From assembly GCA_041736175.1 (NCBI GenBank), contig JBGSUI010000242.1, forward strand, positions 1 to 54,479: a stretch of DNA of 54,479 nt. Direction: 5' to 3'. This DNA is from Oligoflexales bacterium. Lineage in GTDB: Bacteria > Bdellovibrionota_B > Oligoflexia > Oligoflexales > CAIYRB01. A program made the translations under genes and the position numbers. The notes beneath the pieces were generated by a model that saw only the letters and a program-made list of their open reading frames with translations, had not been told where the DNA came from and did not search any database. Positions 28,279-38,260 of the stretch are shown here, piece by piece. Each line of letters opens with the position of its first letter. The first letter of the stretch is position 1.

Positions 28279-28631
28279 AGGGGATTATGACCAATCACCA
28301 GTTCGTCCACCGGTTTTCCGCCCACAAGATGCTGGAGGATCACCTTTTGTAGATTTTCAGGAGTTAGATTCTGATACCAAACGCCCTCGGGATACACCAC
28401 TCCAATAGGACCCTGGCGGCACACCCGCAGACAGTGACACTTTGTGCGATAGACAGCCCCTGGGCTAAGACCCCGTTCAGCGAGCTGTTTTTTGAGTAGA
28501 TCCCAACTGGGATGGGGGTCCAGGCTCGGACCCGAGCAAGATTCGCTGGTGCACAGGAGCATATGGCGAGAATAACTCCCGACTCCTATTTTTTTAAGCC
28601 GCTTTTCTAACTCAGGATCAACGGGTTCCAT
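28275..28631 (-). CDS. Thioredoxin-like [2Fe-2S] ferredoxin
   Basis: Motifs C...C, CL.VC..GP..VVYPEGVWY and HL.GG.PV. Confidence 0.9.
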   Translation of the reverse strand: MEPVDPELEKRLKKIGVGSYSRHMLLCTSESCSGPSLDPHPSWDLLKKQLAERGLSPGAVYRTKCHCLRVCRQGPIGVVYPEGVWYQNLTPENLQKVILQHLVGGKPVDELVIGHNPL

Positions 28632-28980
28632 GGGTCGATTCCTCCTCAGCTCCTTGACAAGTCTGGGGCGCGGCTTCTTCCGGTGTGTCCGTCCGTAGTC
28701 CCAAGAAAGACCGTTCCTTGATTTTTCTCAAGACAATTTTGTTTAAACCATAAAGGGATTTTTTTGGATTTCGAGTCTTGGTGTGACTTTTATCAAAATA
28801 AGCTTCCGCCTCATCAGCCAAGATCACAAGCAACTCTTCGTAAGAGGGGCATATCCCCAACCATTGGTCGATAAACTTCAGGTCGCTTGGGGAAAAAAAG
28901 AAACCCTGACCACGTACTTCTATCAGGTAGTTGAGCACGAGTTCATGGGGTGATAACTGTTCAAAATCATAAAGACTCAA
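28618..28980 (-). CDS. Hypothetical protein with a DnaD-like RG.G...SP.D...I..W motif
   Basis: ORF overlaps both neighbours; the motif call is resemblance only. Confidence 0.5.
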   Translation of the reverse strand: MSLYDFEQLSPHELVLNYLIEVRGQGFFFSPSDLKFIDQWLGICPSYEELLVILADEAEAYFDKSHTKTRNPKKSLYGLNKIVLRKIKERSFLGLRTDTPEEAAPQTCQGAEEESTHGTR

Positions 28981-29507
28981 GCCTTCACCTTTGTCACTGC
29001 TTTAAGCTCTTGCTCCAAGGACTGAACTCTATTCGTGATGTCTTCAAGAGACTTTGCATAACGATCCAGCTCCCGAATATGATCATGGATTCTCAATAAA
29101 TTGGCGACTCGTATCGGTAGCGATGCCATATGCCGCGGGGCAATGATATCGAAATACCAGTTATCGGCAATGGATTCTACCAACATTTCGCGAAGACTAT
29201 CAAACGAACACTCGGAAAGCACCAGGACCGGGACCCAAATGGCTCCTTGGGCTAAAAGTCTTTTGCGTATAGACCTTAACCACTGGGAAAAATGCTCTTC
29301 TTCCACAAGGTGTGCCCCAATAACCAAAAGATCTGACGACTCAACCCCTGGATCCTCAAGGACCGGAACCTGGGCCACATCAAGCTGTCCCAGTCGCCGG
29401 AGATGGACCTCTAGCGACATCCGATGCCGGTCTAAGACTTTGGAGTCAAAGTTCCAATAGCGTAGTTTTATTTTACGATCACTAAAAACCGTTGCGGATA
29501 AACTCAT
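28977..29507 (-). CDS. Hypothetical protein, pseudo-receiver-like domain plus C-terminal coiled coil
   Basis: DLLVI...VPVLVLS...D.I..P..L..RV pattern and a heptad-repeat tail. Confidence 0.5.
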   Translation of the reverse strand: MSLSATVFSDRKIKLRYWNFDSKVLDRHRMSLEVHLRRLGQLDVAQVPVLEDPGVESSDLLVIGAHLVEEEHFSQWLRSIRKRLLAQGAIWVPVLVLSECSFDSLREMLVESIADNWYFDIIAPRHMASLPIRVANLLRIHDHIRELDRYAKSLEDITNRVQSLEQELKAVTKVKA

Positions 29508-29572
29508 ACTGTTAGCTTAAACTATAGCGAGAGGCAGCTCAATATGGATTTTTTATGGAGTTTTAACTAACC

Positions 29573-30604
29573 ATGGCTCACCATCCGGCATCAAGGATTA
29601 TCTCCAGAGCACCCACACGCATTGACTTAGCTGGCGGTACTCTTGACCTATGGCCCATCCATCATCTCCTGCCTAAAAAAGCCACGGTTAACTTCGGGAT
29701 CACTCTCGATGCCGAGGTCACTTGTACCTTTCAGGACCATTTTCAACTGGTAAGCCATGATCAAGTCATCACCCAAACCGGCTCTTTTGATGAAATCATA
29801 AACCAACCCAAACTACCAATAATCAGCATCCTCTTAGAAGCTTTTTGGTCCCCAAAAAATCCTCCCCTTAAAATAGAGACCAGGGCCCTTTCACCAGCAG
29901 GTGCTGGACTAGGAGGTTCATCCTGTCTCGGGATCGCTCTGGCGGGAGCCCTTAATCATTTGCGTCACCAGTTAGGTCACCACCAACTTCTAGACCAACA
30001 ACACCTCGTCAGACTTGTCCAAGATGCTGAGTCCCGACTGATCAAGGCACCGACTGGGGTCCAAGACTATTGGGGAGCTGTAAGGGGTCATATAAATATC
30101 ATTGAATTTCCCTTTGGATCCGTTGAAGTAGAAACCGTCTCAAACAATCTCCTGGACGAACTCAACCAATGGCTGATCGTGGTCTACAGTGGCCAGTCCC
30201 GCGCGTCGGCTATCAACAATTGGGAGATCTTCAAAAAACTCTACGACGGCGACAAGGACTTACTCGCCAAATTTGTCGACATTGGCGCTCTAGCCTTTGC
30301 CTGTGGCGATGCTATCAAACGACAATCTCTAAAAGAAGCTTTGCTTTTTTCCCAAAAAGAATGGGAGCTGCGCCAAACCCTCTGGCCTTTGATCGAGACC
30401 GCAGTCACAAAAAAGATCGACCAAGCTGCCAAAAAATCCGGCGCACTCTTTACTAGGGTCTGTGGCGCAGGGGGAGGAGGGGTGATGGGAGTTTTTGCTC
30501 CCCCCGATCGACATCATGCTGTAAAACGAGAGGTCCAAGAGGCCGGTGGAATCGTTTTAGATGCTCGAATCGCATCCTATGGGTTGACTGTCGTCGAAGG
30601 TTGA
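29573..30604 (+). CDS. GHMP-family sugar kinase (HddA / heptose-7-phosphate kinase-like)
   Basis: Motifs APTRIDLAGGTLD, P.GAGLGGSS, G.QDY and CGAGGGG. Confidence 0.85.
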   Translation: MAHHPASRIISRAPTRIDLAGGTLDLWPIHHLLPKKATVNFGITLDAEVTCTFQDHFQLVSHDQVITQTGSFDEIINQPKLPIISILLEAFWSPKNPPLKIETRALSPAGAGLGGSSCLGIALAGALNHLRHQLGHHQLLDQQHLVRLVQDAESRLIKAPTGVQDYWGAVRGHINIIEFPFGSVEVETVSNNLLDELNQWLIVVYSGQSRASAINNWEIFKKLYDGDKDLLAKFVDIGALAFACGDAIKRQSLKEALLFSQKEWELRQTLWPLIETAVTKKIDQAAKKSGALFTRVCGAGGGGVMGVFAPPDRHHAVKREVQEAGGIVLDARIASYGLTVVEG

Positions 30605-30714
30605 AAACAGAGGGGCCAGCTCCATTTTTTATTGGATTTATGCTATCATAAAGTAGTTTACCCCACTTTTCTCGCCGCATCACCTTCCCTAGATATCACA
30701 AAAATGAGGCCATC

Positions 30715-31956
30715 TTGCCCGAAATTAGGCCCTGTTATGGGTTTAATCGACCCACAAAACTAACACTTATCTTAGGTGTAGCCTGGTTTATTTGTCTTGG
30801 GTTTGCCCCTTCCAAACTGCAGTCTCCTATACCAGATCAGTTTATCGTTGGAGATTTCGTTAACAAACAAGCCCTTTTTTGGGAGAAAGTATTTTTTATT
30901 TTTCCAACGTCAACCATGATTTTCCATGACAGCGATGACCCAGATCTTATTTTACAAATTATTGATTTGAAAAATCCAAGCGCTTTAAACGAACCTCTTA
31001 TGGATGACGCCGCCTTTAAGACTTATAGAGATCAAATCATGCTCCAGACCTTGAGAGATTATAGTGCTGGACTTCAGAAATTCAAAAAAAATGATCTCTC
31101 CTTTGTGCCAAACAACGATGCGGAAGAACGCCTTAAAGCGGTCTATCTCTCCCATCCAGACCGCAAAAAACGGGCATTTTCCAATCAAATCAAAATCCGA
31201 GCCCAGTCCGGTCTCGCCGACAAATTTCGCCGGGCTGCCGAGACCGCCTCTGAATACCTGAGTACCATGGAAGAAATTTTTCTAACCCATGGACTTCCAC
31301 CTTCTTTGACCCGGATGGCTTTTGTAGAATCAATGTTTAATATCGAAGCAAAGTCAAAGGTTGGTGCGAGTGGCATCTGGCAGTTTATGCCCGAAACCGC
31401 CCGGCTTTTTATGTATGTCAACAATCTCGTCGATGAGCGGAATTCTCCTATCAAAGCCACCCGCGCTGCTGCCCAATTACTCCTCAAAAACTATGCTGAA
31501 TTGGGCTCTTGGCCCCATGCCATTACAGCATACAACCATGGTACCTACGGTATGCTGCAAGCGATTAAAAAAACAGGGTCTCTCGACTTTGACAAAACTA
31601 TTTTGCAATATGAGAGTCCCAGTTTTGGCTTTGCGAGCAAAAACTTCTATGGTGAGTTTATTGCTGCAAGAAGAGTGTATTACAAGATCAAAAGCCAGAT
31701 TCAGTTCAAAATTCGTCCAAAGATTCTTGATTCCGTTGTCCTTGACTCACCTATGAGTTTACAAGACATCTCTAAGGTCTCTGGTTTAGATATTGGCGAT
31801 ATTTCCCGATACAATCATTGCATCCTGCCCGAAACAGTCAGCCGAAACTACGATAAACCTTTACCAAAGTTCTTTGAATTTTTTGCACCCAAGACCCCGA
31901 TCGAAAAATTGCGTAAAAAAATGACGCAACAAATCAGTCAAAATCGCAATTTCTAA
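30715..31956 (+). CDS. MltD-like lytic transglycosylase
   Basis: Motifs VESMFN..A.S.VGA.GIWQFMP.T, VDER.....AT.AAA, AITAYNHG and FGFASKNFY.EF.AA; degenerate LysM-like tail. Confidence 0.9.
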   Translation: MPEIRPCYGFNRPTKLTLILGVAWFICLGFAPSKLQSPIPDQFIVGDFVNKQALFWEKVFFIFPTSTMIFHDSDDPDLILQIIDLKNPSALNEPLMDDAAFKTYRDQIMLQTLRDYSAGLQKFKKNDLSFVPNNDAEERLKAVYLSHPDRKKRAFSNQIKIRAQSGLADKFRRAAETASEYLSTMEEIFLTHGLPPSLTRMAFVESMFNIEAKSKVGASGIWQFMPETARLFMYVNNLVDERNSPIKATRAAAQLLLKNYAELGSWPHAITAYNHGTYGMLQAIKKTGSLDFDKTILQYESPSFGFASKNFYGEFIAARRVYYKIKSQIQFKIRPKILDSVVLDSPMSLQDISKVSGLDIGDISRYNHCILPETVSRNYDKPLPKFFEFFAPKTPIEKLRKKMTQQISQNRNF

Positions 31957-31968
31957 GAGGAGCCTGCC

Positions 31969-32697
31969 ATGTTTTGCAAATACGTCATTTTGGGATTTTT
32001 TGTGATCTATCCTAGCATTGTCCAGGCCAAAAAACCTGCAACCACGGAACCAATTGACAAAGTTCTTGATATGTTAGAAAAAAAAATGATCGACCAAGAC
32101 AATTTTGGACATGATAACAGCGATATAAGCATTGACTCAGAAAATAAAACACAAGATGTCACCAATAAATTTAAGTTTTCAACGCCCTATAAAATCGAGG
32201 GAAACCCCGACGAGCATAAAGCCATAGAAAATATCAAACAAAACCTAGCGACTCTTGACCAAAGAGTCGACCAAATATCCACAGGTATCAGCAGTCTTAA
32301 ACAATCTTTAATCTTGGACTCTAAAAACGATGCCTACGTCGAAATCGCCGCCCGGGTCTCCCAAAACTCTACGGCACAAATCAGAAAAATCCAGGTCAAA
32401 CTCAACTCCACGATTCTCTATGACGTTACCGACAGTAGCCTCTTATGGAGCTACAATACAGAAATACCAATTTATTTTGGACCTTTAAAACCAGGTTCCC
32501 ACCGTCTCCAGCTCCACGCCAAACTCGCCTTACCAAACGATGAATCACTCCTAAAAATAACAAGTAATCGAAATATTGAAGTGAACAATGTTTTTGATAT
32601 CCACCTCCCCCTAGGAACCACTCAAAACAAATTTCTTATTGAGCTAGAAACTCCTGAAAAGCATAAAGCAACCGCCAGACTCCTTGAGCCAAACTAA
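31969..32697 (+). CDS. Exported coiled-coil plus beta-sandwich protein at the head of the TPR operon
   Basis: Signal peptide, coiled coil and IY.G.L.PG.H.L motif; overlaps the next gene. Confidence 0.65.
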   Translation: MFCKYVILGFFVIYPSIVQAKKPATTEPIDKVLDMLEKKMIDQDNFGHDNSDISIDSENKTQDVTNKFKFSTPYKIEGNPDEHKAIENIKQNLATLDQRVDQISTGISSLKQSLILDSKNDAYVEIAARVSQNSTAQIRKIQVKLNSTILYDVTDSSLLWSYNTEIPIYFGPLKPGSHRLQLHAKLALPNDESLLKITSNRNIEVNNVFDIHLPLGTTQNKFLIELETPEKHKATARLLEPN

Positions 32698-35113
32698 AGG
32701 CACCTCTGTGACTCATCCAAAGCAACTCCACATTGTAGCCAAAAAAAATCGAGCTGCCCTTAAGGTAGTAGGGTGCCTCGCCTTGTTCCTAAGTCTCAGT
32801 TGTTCAAGGGACGGCACCTCCACCCCAGACGATCAATTACAGCTTGGCAGCTCCCTACTTGATCCCAAAATTTCCACCCCTAAACCCCAGAGCCAAGCCT
32901 TGGTCACCCCAGAAGGAGTCCTCAAACAGGCAGAGCTTTCAATGATGATCCTGGCAAGAAATCTAAATAATTCAAAAAACATAACGGAATATCGGGGATT
33001 TGGTCCGTTTGATCTTTATGCATTAGTAGCCTATGACGAAGCTGTGGTTCAGTATTCCCAAAATAATTGGCCAGCAGTCGTCAAAAACCTAAACGATTAT
33101 CTCAACAGGACCCAAGTCACCGATCCACCAAAATACCTAGAATCTCAGTGGATGCTTGCAAAGTCCTATGAGCAATCTGGCCATAAAGCTAAATCATTAA
33201 GAGCCTATCTGAGATACATCAACTATTTCTTTCAAATAGGACACAAAGACTATGGAAGACTTACCCAAGGTATCCGTAGTTCTCTCGATTTGATTGATGT
33301 TCTACCTTCTTCTCAGCTAAACCTTGATAGTCTTATGGCTGGCCTATCACTTTTTAAGCTTCCTGATGAACCTCTCGTCGCAATAACCATGCTTCTCGCC
33401 AAGGAAGCCTCTCAAAAAGGCAACCACCACGTCTCTCAGACCCTCGCTAAGATGCTAGAGTCCCGATTTGGAGACAATCCACCGAAAAAAGTGAGTCATG
33501 AAATCGCCTATATGAGGGCACTTAACTATGTCTCACAAAATAGGGTAGAACTAGCCCTTAAATTTCTAGAATTTCTAGCCAAGAATAGTACAGATGACAA
33601 TATTAAAGATCATGCACACTACCTTCTTGCCAGAATCTACCTCAGCAACAAAAAGTGGAAAACAGCTCTCCAGCATTATCAGCAAATACCCGAGAAAAGC
33701 ACCTTCTACCAAAAATCGGTTTTTGACAGCATTTTGGTTCACCTCAAGCTGGATCAAGATAAAGAAGCTAGAACTCTCACCACACTATGGCTGTCTCGTT
33801 GGCCTGATGACATCCAGTCCAATTCACTCAAACTAAATCTTGCGTACCTGGATCTTAGATCTTCTGAATTCGAACTGGCCGAAAATAATATTAATTCATT
33901 AGATACCCGACTCCATGAATTAAAAAATTCAATAAAAAACAGCCTTTTGCACCCTGAAAGCCTGGATAAGTCTCAGCTATTTCAGTTTAAGGCTCTTTCT
34001 ATGGGAATCATAGAAAAGCAATTTGTCCTGGAAGAATCTGCCAGTCTCCTATCGGATCTCAATAATCTTAGAAAATCCATTTTTGAAAGATATGCCGAGA
34101 TTAAGGACCTTCATCAGTCTTTAACCCAATCGAGTGTCAATAGAATTTTCCCCGATCTAAGCAATCGAACTTTCCAGCTAGCCTTTTTTGGCCAAAACCT
34201 TCTCGATCTTGCCGCTGAATTAGTCTCTGCCCAACTCGAACTGGCAGAGAAAACCGCTGATTCGGTCGATCTCGAAAAGCTTAAATTTCACACTGAAAAG
34301 AGACAGATTATCGCTAGTGAAATCTTGAATTTTCACCGAAACATAAAGTCTAATCTCGTCACCTCTCAATATATGGCTCTGATTGCATCGACCAACGATC
34401 TGAAAAGACGCATATTTATGATGGAAAGCGAACTGAAAGGGACTTACGTCTATGGATATCAAAAAAAACAGTCTCCTATCCAAAATCAATCTAAGGAACT
34501 CCTCGCAAAAACCGAAGCTCTTAAAAAGCAACTAGCTTTAAGACTCAGCCAGATCCGAGCACTTCAATTTAAGGAGATCCTGATCCGTAGTGAAGTCTAT
34601 TCCTTAGAAAAATCCATGACCCAACAAATGTTGGTCATCAATGATCAAATCGACCTTATGACTAAAATGTTAGCTTCAGTGAAGGATCCCAACCAAAAAG
34701 CGACCGTCACCAAATCCCTGGAATTATGGATTCAATGGAAAAGCCTTGCCAAGATGTATTTCGAGCAGATCGATGGTGTCAAAAAACTCCACCAAAATAA
34801 AGTGGGGACTCTCCTGTCTACCATCGACAAGTTAGAAAACGATACGATTAAGGCTGACTACGACGCCATCTATCTTAGCGAACGGGTCGTCAATAACATC
34901 AAAAAACACTCGCCTCAAATCGTCGAAAACCTGTTTGCGGTCATCGACAGTCATCTGGCCAAGCACCAAGTATGGCTGAGCGAGATTGAGTGGATGAAAT
35001 TTGATGACCGCTCAAAAAATCGACAACGTATGCGTCAAAAAAATCTCTTAGAACAACAAATCTTAGAAAACCAATTTAACTCTGATCTCTTTACTATCAA
35101 TAACTTTAACTAA
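32684..35113 (+). CDS. Large TPR plus coiled-coil lipoprotein
   Basis: Lipobox SLSC, TPR-like repeats (AHYLLARIY..., ESQWMLAKSY...) and a long heptad C-terminal half. Confidence 0.7.
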   Translation: MSQTKGTSVTHPKQLHIVAKKNRAALKVVGCLALFLSLSCSRDGTSTPDDQLQLGSSLLDPKISTPKPQSQALVTPEGVLKQAELSMMILARNLNNSKNITEYRGFGPFDLYALVAYDEAVVQYSQNNWPAVVKNLNDYLNRTQVTDPPKYLESQWMLAKSYEQSGHKAKSLRAYLRYINYFFQIGHKDYGRLTQGIRSSLDLIDVLPSSQLNLDSLMAGLSLFKLPDEPLVAITMLLAKEASQKGNHHVSQTLAKMLESRFGDNPPKKVSHEIAYMRALNYVSQNRVELALKFLEFLAKNSTDDNIKDHAHYLLARIYLSNKKWKTALQHYQQIPEKSTFYQKSVFDSILVHLKLDQDKEARTLTTLWLSRWPDDIQSNSLKLNLAYLDLRSSEFELAENNINSLDTRLHELKNSIKNSLLHPESLDKSQLFQFKALSMGIIEKQFVLEESASLLSDLNNLRKSIFERYAEIKDLHQSLTQSSVNRIFPDLSNRTFQLAFFGQNLLDLAAELVSAQLELAEKTADSVDLEKLKFHTEKRQIIASEILNFHRNIKSNLVTSQYMALIASTNDLKRRIFMMESELKGTYVYGYQKKQSPIQNQSKELLAKTEALKKQLALRLSQIRALQFKEILIRSEVYSLEKSMTQQMLVINDQIDLMTKMLASVKDPNQKATVTKSLELWIQWKSLAKMYFEQIDGVKKLHQNKVGTLLSTIDKLENDTIKADYDAIYLSERVVNNIKKHSPQIVENLFAVIDSHLAKHQVWLSEIEWMKFDDRSKNRQRMRQKNLLEQQILENQFNSDLFTINNFN

Positions 35114-35158
35114 ATCCCCCCATCCGCCTCGCTAAGTTTCTTATGAAAGAGGATTTAC

Positions 35159-38100
35159 ATGAAATTTTCTATGAATCCCCCTAAGACAGTCTTTATCGGC
35201 ACTGCACTGTTTATGGCTAGCATTTCAAGGGCAAATGACTCAAAGGACACTGAGATCATCGAGAGCGTTCATGCCCTCCAATCCTATGCTAAGTCTCTGG
35301 ACGCCTATGAGGGTCGACGCAGAGAGGAGCTTAGTAGTGATTTTAAGACAAAAAAATCAGACTTAGAAAAGGTTCAAAAAAAATTCGATCAAGGCGAAAT
35401 CGAAGCTCAAGCCCAACTTCTCAAAAAAGTCATTGCCAAATACAAAGACCAGCTCAAATCCGGGAACCAGGGTAATGCTGAAACCACGATACCCCTGAAT
35501 CTATGTCTTGCCTATGCACGACTGGGCGACCTTTATAAAGAGCTAGAGCCGGAAACCTCTGTAAAAAACTACCAAGAGTCCCTTAATTATCTGGCTCCAT
35601 TGATCGCTTCTACTAAAAATCTTTTGCTCAAAGACCAGGCACTTTATCTCAAGGCTACCCTGCTGGAAGGTATGGGGAAGGCACCCGAAGCCCTTGCTAC
35701 TTGGAAACAGCTTGGCCAATCACAATACCCATCGGAATTTCCGGTTTATGCCTTGGTCGCACTTGGAGATACCGCTTTTTCAAAAAATGATTTTAGTGCT
35801 GCACTCTTGTTTTTTGAAGACGCCGAAAAAAAGATGCTCGTCATTCCAAATCTAGCAAAGACCAGTCTTTTAACTAAAATACATTACCGAATCGCTTGGA
35901 GTGCCTTTAGGTCTGGACAGCATACCGTGGCCATTCGGTCAGGCTTAGATCTACTGATAAAGCCCTCTCCAGGGCTCAATCAGGTCGAACTCAGCCAGTA
36001 TCGTAAGGATGCAGTCCTTTTGGTTTCTGATTCACTTTTTTACCAAAACTCACAAAAGGATCGTGAGGAGTTTTTTAAGCAGAAACACCTCTTAAATTAT
36101 GGGTCTATGATTGGATTTAGAGTCCTCCAGCGCCTCAATACCAGCGGTCTCCACCTCCAAGTGATCAAAATAGCTTCGTTGATTTTGGAGTCTAATCCAC
36201 TCCCGCTGGAATATCCCAAAATCCTGAATATTCTTGCCGATTCCTATAAAAATGCTGGTAAGATTTCTCAGTGGCAAGATACCATGGAAAACTTAAGTAT
36301 GCTGCTCCCAGCAAACAGTCTCTGGAGATCCCAGTTTGGGCAGCTTGTGGCCGAAACTAAAGAGATGGAGGTCCTGGCAGAAGCAGCCGCATCCACCCTC
36401 TCTGCGAGCTTTTACGCTAATGGCCTCACCTCAAATAATCCAAAATCTTTTATGCGCGCGGCGGCTATCTATGAATCGTTGGTGCAGTTTCGTCCCACGG
36501 ATCCCAAATCAAAAGATTGGCGACTCAAAATCGCCCATTGCCAATACTTTATCAAAAACTATGGTGGAGCAGTCTCCCAATATCAAGATTTAACCAACTC
36601 CCAAGAGCTCAACCCCGACCAACTTGAGCTTGCACTCTATCAATCGGTTAAATCCCTCGAAAACCAATGGCGGATGGTCTATTTTCCCCAGCTTGGTCAC
36701 AGCTTGGACGAATTCAAACGAAAAGAGGCAGAAACACTTGCTCAAAAACTGAGTGATGCCATCAATCGCTATCATGAGCGATTTCCGAACCAATCCAAAA
36801 GCGTTGATCTCCTTTTAGTAGCTGCCTCTGTCTATAGAGATATGAACCTTCCAGAGAAGGCCCTTGAATATTGGCAAAGGGTTTTGATCCAAGATGCTCA
36901 GCCTTCCCAGCGAGCGCTAGCTATGAGGGGGATTATCTTTACTAAGATAAAAACCAGCGGCAGCAAAGAGGTCGTAGAAACCGCAGGTAATTTTCTCAAA
37001 CTAGAAAACTGGAAGTCTCTAGGTCAAAACCTCTATTTAGAGATGAATGGTGTGCTCTCAACTGCACTCCTCAACGAAGCTGAAAGGTTAAGGTCACAAG
37101 GCCAAATAACCGAGGCTGGTAGCCTGCTCACAGACCATGGCTCCCGATTCCCGGATCTTCCTGACTTAGAGCGCATCCAAAGAGATGGCGCCTATTATTA
37201 TGCGGTCTCTGGACACTGGAGGTTTGCCGAAATCGGTGCCCAAAAATATCTGGAATCACCCTCCAAACAGTATCGTGCTGATATGCAGTATTTGTTAGCT
37301 AGATCTGCAGAATACCAATTAAAAATAAAAGATGCAGCTACTAACTACTTCAAGTTGGCAAGAGATTTTCCCTCTCATACTAAATCCAAAATAGCGTTAG
37401 ATCGATCCGAAAGCCTTGCCGCTGCCGAAGGTCTTACCGATCTTTCCATAGAAATAGCGCTTTTTAGATCCGCTAAAACTGGTATTAGATCAGAAAAGTT
37501 AAAGACACTTGACCAGGCTATCAGTCTAAACATAGATTCAGGTAATTATAACCAAGCAGAGAAAATTGCTCGAAGCCGCTTAAGGTCTAGCGATTCTCTG
37601 GCAGAAAAATTGACAAGCCGCCTGATGCTTGCAGAAATTTCCTACCTTGCAGGGACCCGTCAGGAAGCTCTTGATGAGTTAAAAATATTAGACCAACAGG
37701 TTCGAACCAATAGAAATCGACTCCCCCGTACTGACTTTTCGGTTCTTATCGGCAAGATTAATTTATTAAGGGGCCGGGACGTTCAATCCAAGTTTAACGA
37801 TTATAGAATCGATGCCAATCCGGATCAGCTCGCGGCACGGATTAACACAAAAAGCCAACTGTTTGCGGCGCTTGCCAGAAACTTTGACACAGTCATCGCT
37901 ATGGGAACCATAGCCCAAGCCAGTGAGGCCCGGTTTTATGTGGCCAATGCAGCCGAATCATTGGCCAATGAAATATCCGGAGTTCCCATTAAGAGCCAGC
38001 TTCCAGTCACTCTTAAAACAGCCAACCGCAATCGATCGACCATTGAACGACTCCAAAATCTTGCGCAACAGTACTATTCCCAAAACATTCTTTTAAGTCG

Positions 38101-38260
38101 CCAAAATCCACCTCTCTATGCTGGCAACGAATGGATTAAAAAATCAGCCGGGAGACTCAACCACGAAAAATCCACGTCCGGAGAACAAAAATTTTTGGAT
38201 ATGACACCCATCGCGAGCCAAGGAGGACAAATTTCCCAATGGAACTTGAACGAAAAATGA
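35159..38260 (+). CDS. Very large periplasmic TPR protein (GltD/AgmU-like)
   Basis: Signal peptide and many TPR motifs (DQALY..A, Y..AW..F, RFP..S...D.L..AA); 1033 aa. Confidence 0.7.
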   Translation: MKFSMNPPKTVFIGTALFMASISRANDSKDTEIIESVHALQSYAKSLDAYEGRRREELSSDFKTKKSDLEKVQKKFDQGEIEAQAQLLKKVIAKYKDQLKSGNQGNAETTIPLNLCLAYARLGDLYKELEPETSVKNYQESLNYLAPLIASTKNLLLKDQALYLKATLLEGMGKAPEALATWKQLGQSQYPSEFPVYALVALGDTAFSKNDFSAALLFFEDAEKKMLVIPNLAKTSLLTKIHYRIAWSAFRSGQHTVAIRSGLDLLIKPSPGLNQVELSQYRKDAVLLVSDSLFYQNSQKDREEFFKQKHLLNYGSMIGFRVLQRLNTSGLHLQVIKIASLILESNPLPLEYPKILNILADSYKNAGKISQWQDTMENLSMLLPANSLWRSQFGQLVAETKEMEVLAEAAASTLSASFYANGLTSNNPKSFMRAAAIYESLVQFRPTDPKSKDWRLKIAHCQYFIKNYGGAVSQYQDLTNSQELNPDQLELALYQSVKSLENQWRMVYFPQLGHSLDEFKRKEAETLAQKLSDAINRYHERFPNQSKSVDLLLVAASVYRDMNLPEKALEYWQRVLIQDAQPSQRALAMRGIIFTKIKTSGSKEVVETAGNFLKLENWKSLGQNLYLEMNGVLSTALLNEAERLRSQGQITEAGSLLTDHGSRFPDLPDLERIQRDGAYYYAVSGHWRFAEIGAQKYLESPSKQYRADMQYLLARSAEYQLKIKDAATNYFKLARDFPSHTKSKIALDRSESLAAAEGLTDLSIEIALFRSAKTGIRSEKLKTLDQAISLNIDSGNYNQAEKIARSRLRSSDSLAEKLTSRLMLAEISYLAGTRQEALDELKILDQQVRTNRNRLPRTDFSVLIGKINLLRGRDVQSKFNDYRIDANPDQLAARINTKSQLFAALARNFDTVIAMGTIAQASEARFYVANAAESLANEISGVPIKSQLPVTLKTANRNRSTIERLQNLAQQYYSQNILLSRQNPPLYAGNEWIKKSAGRLNHEKSTSGEQKFLDMTPIASQGGQISQWNLNEK

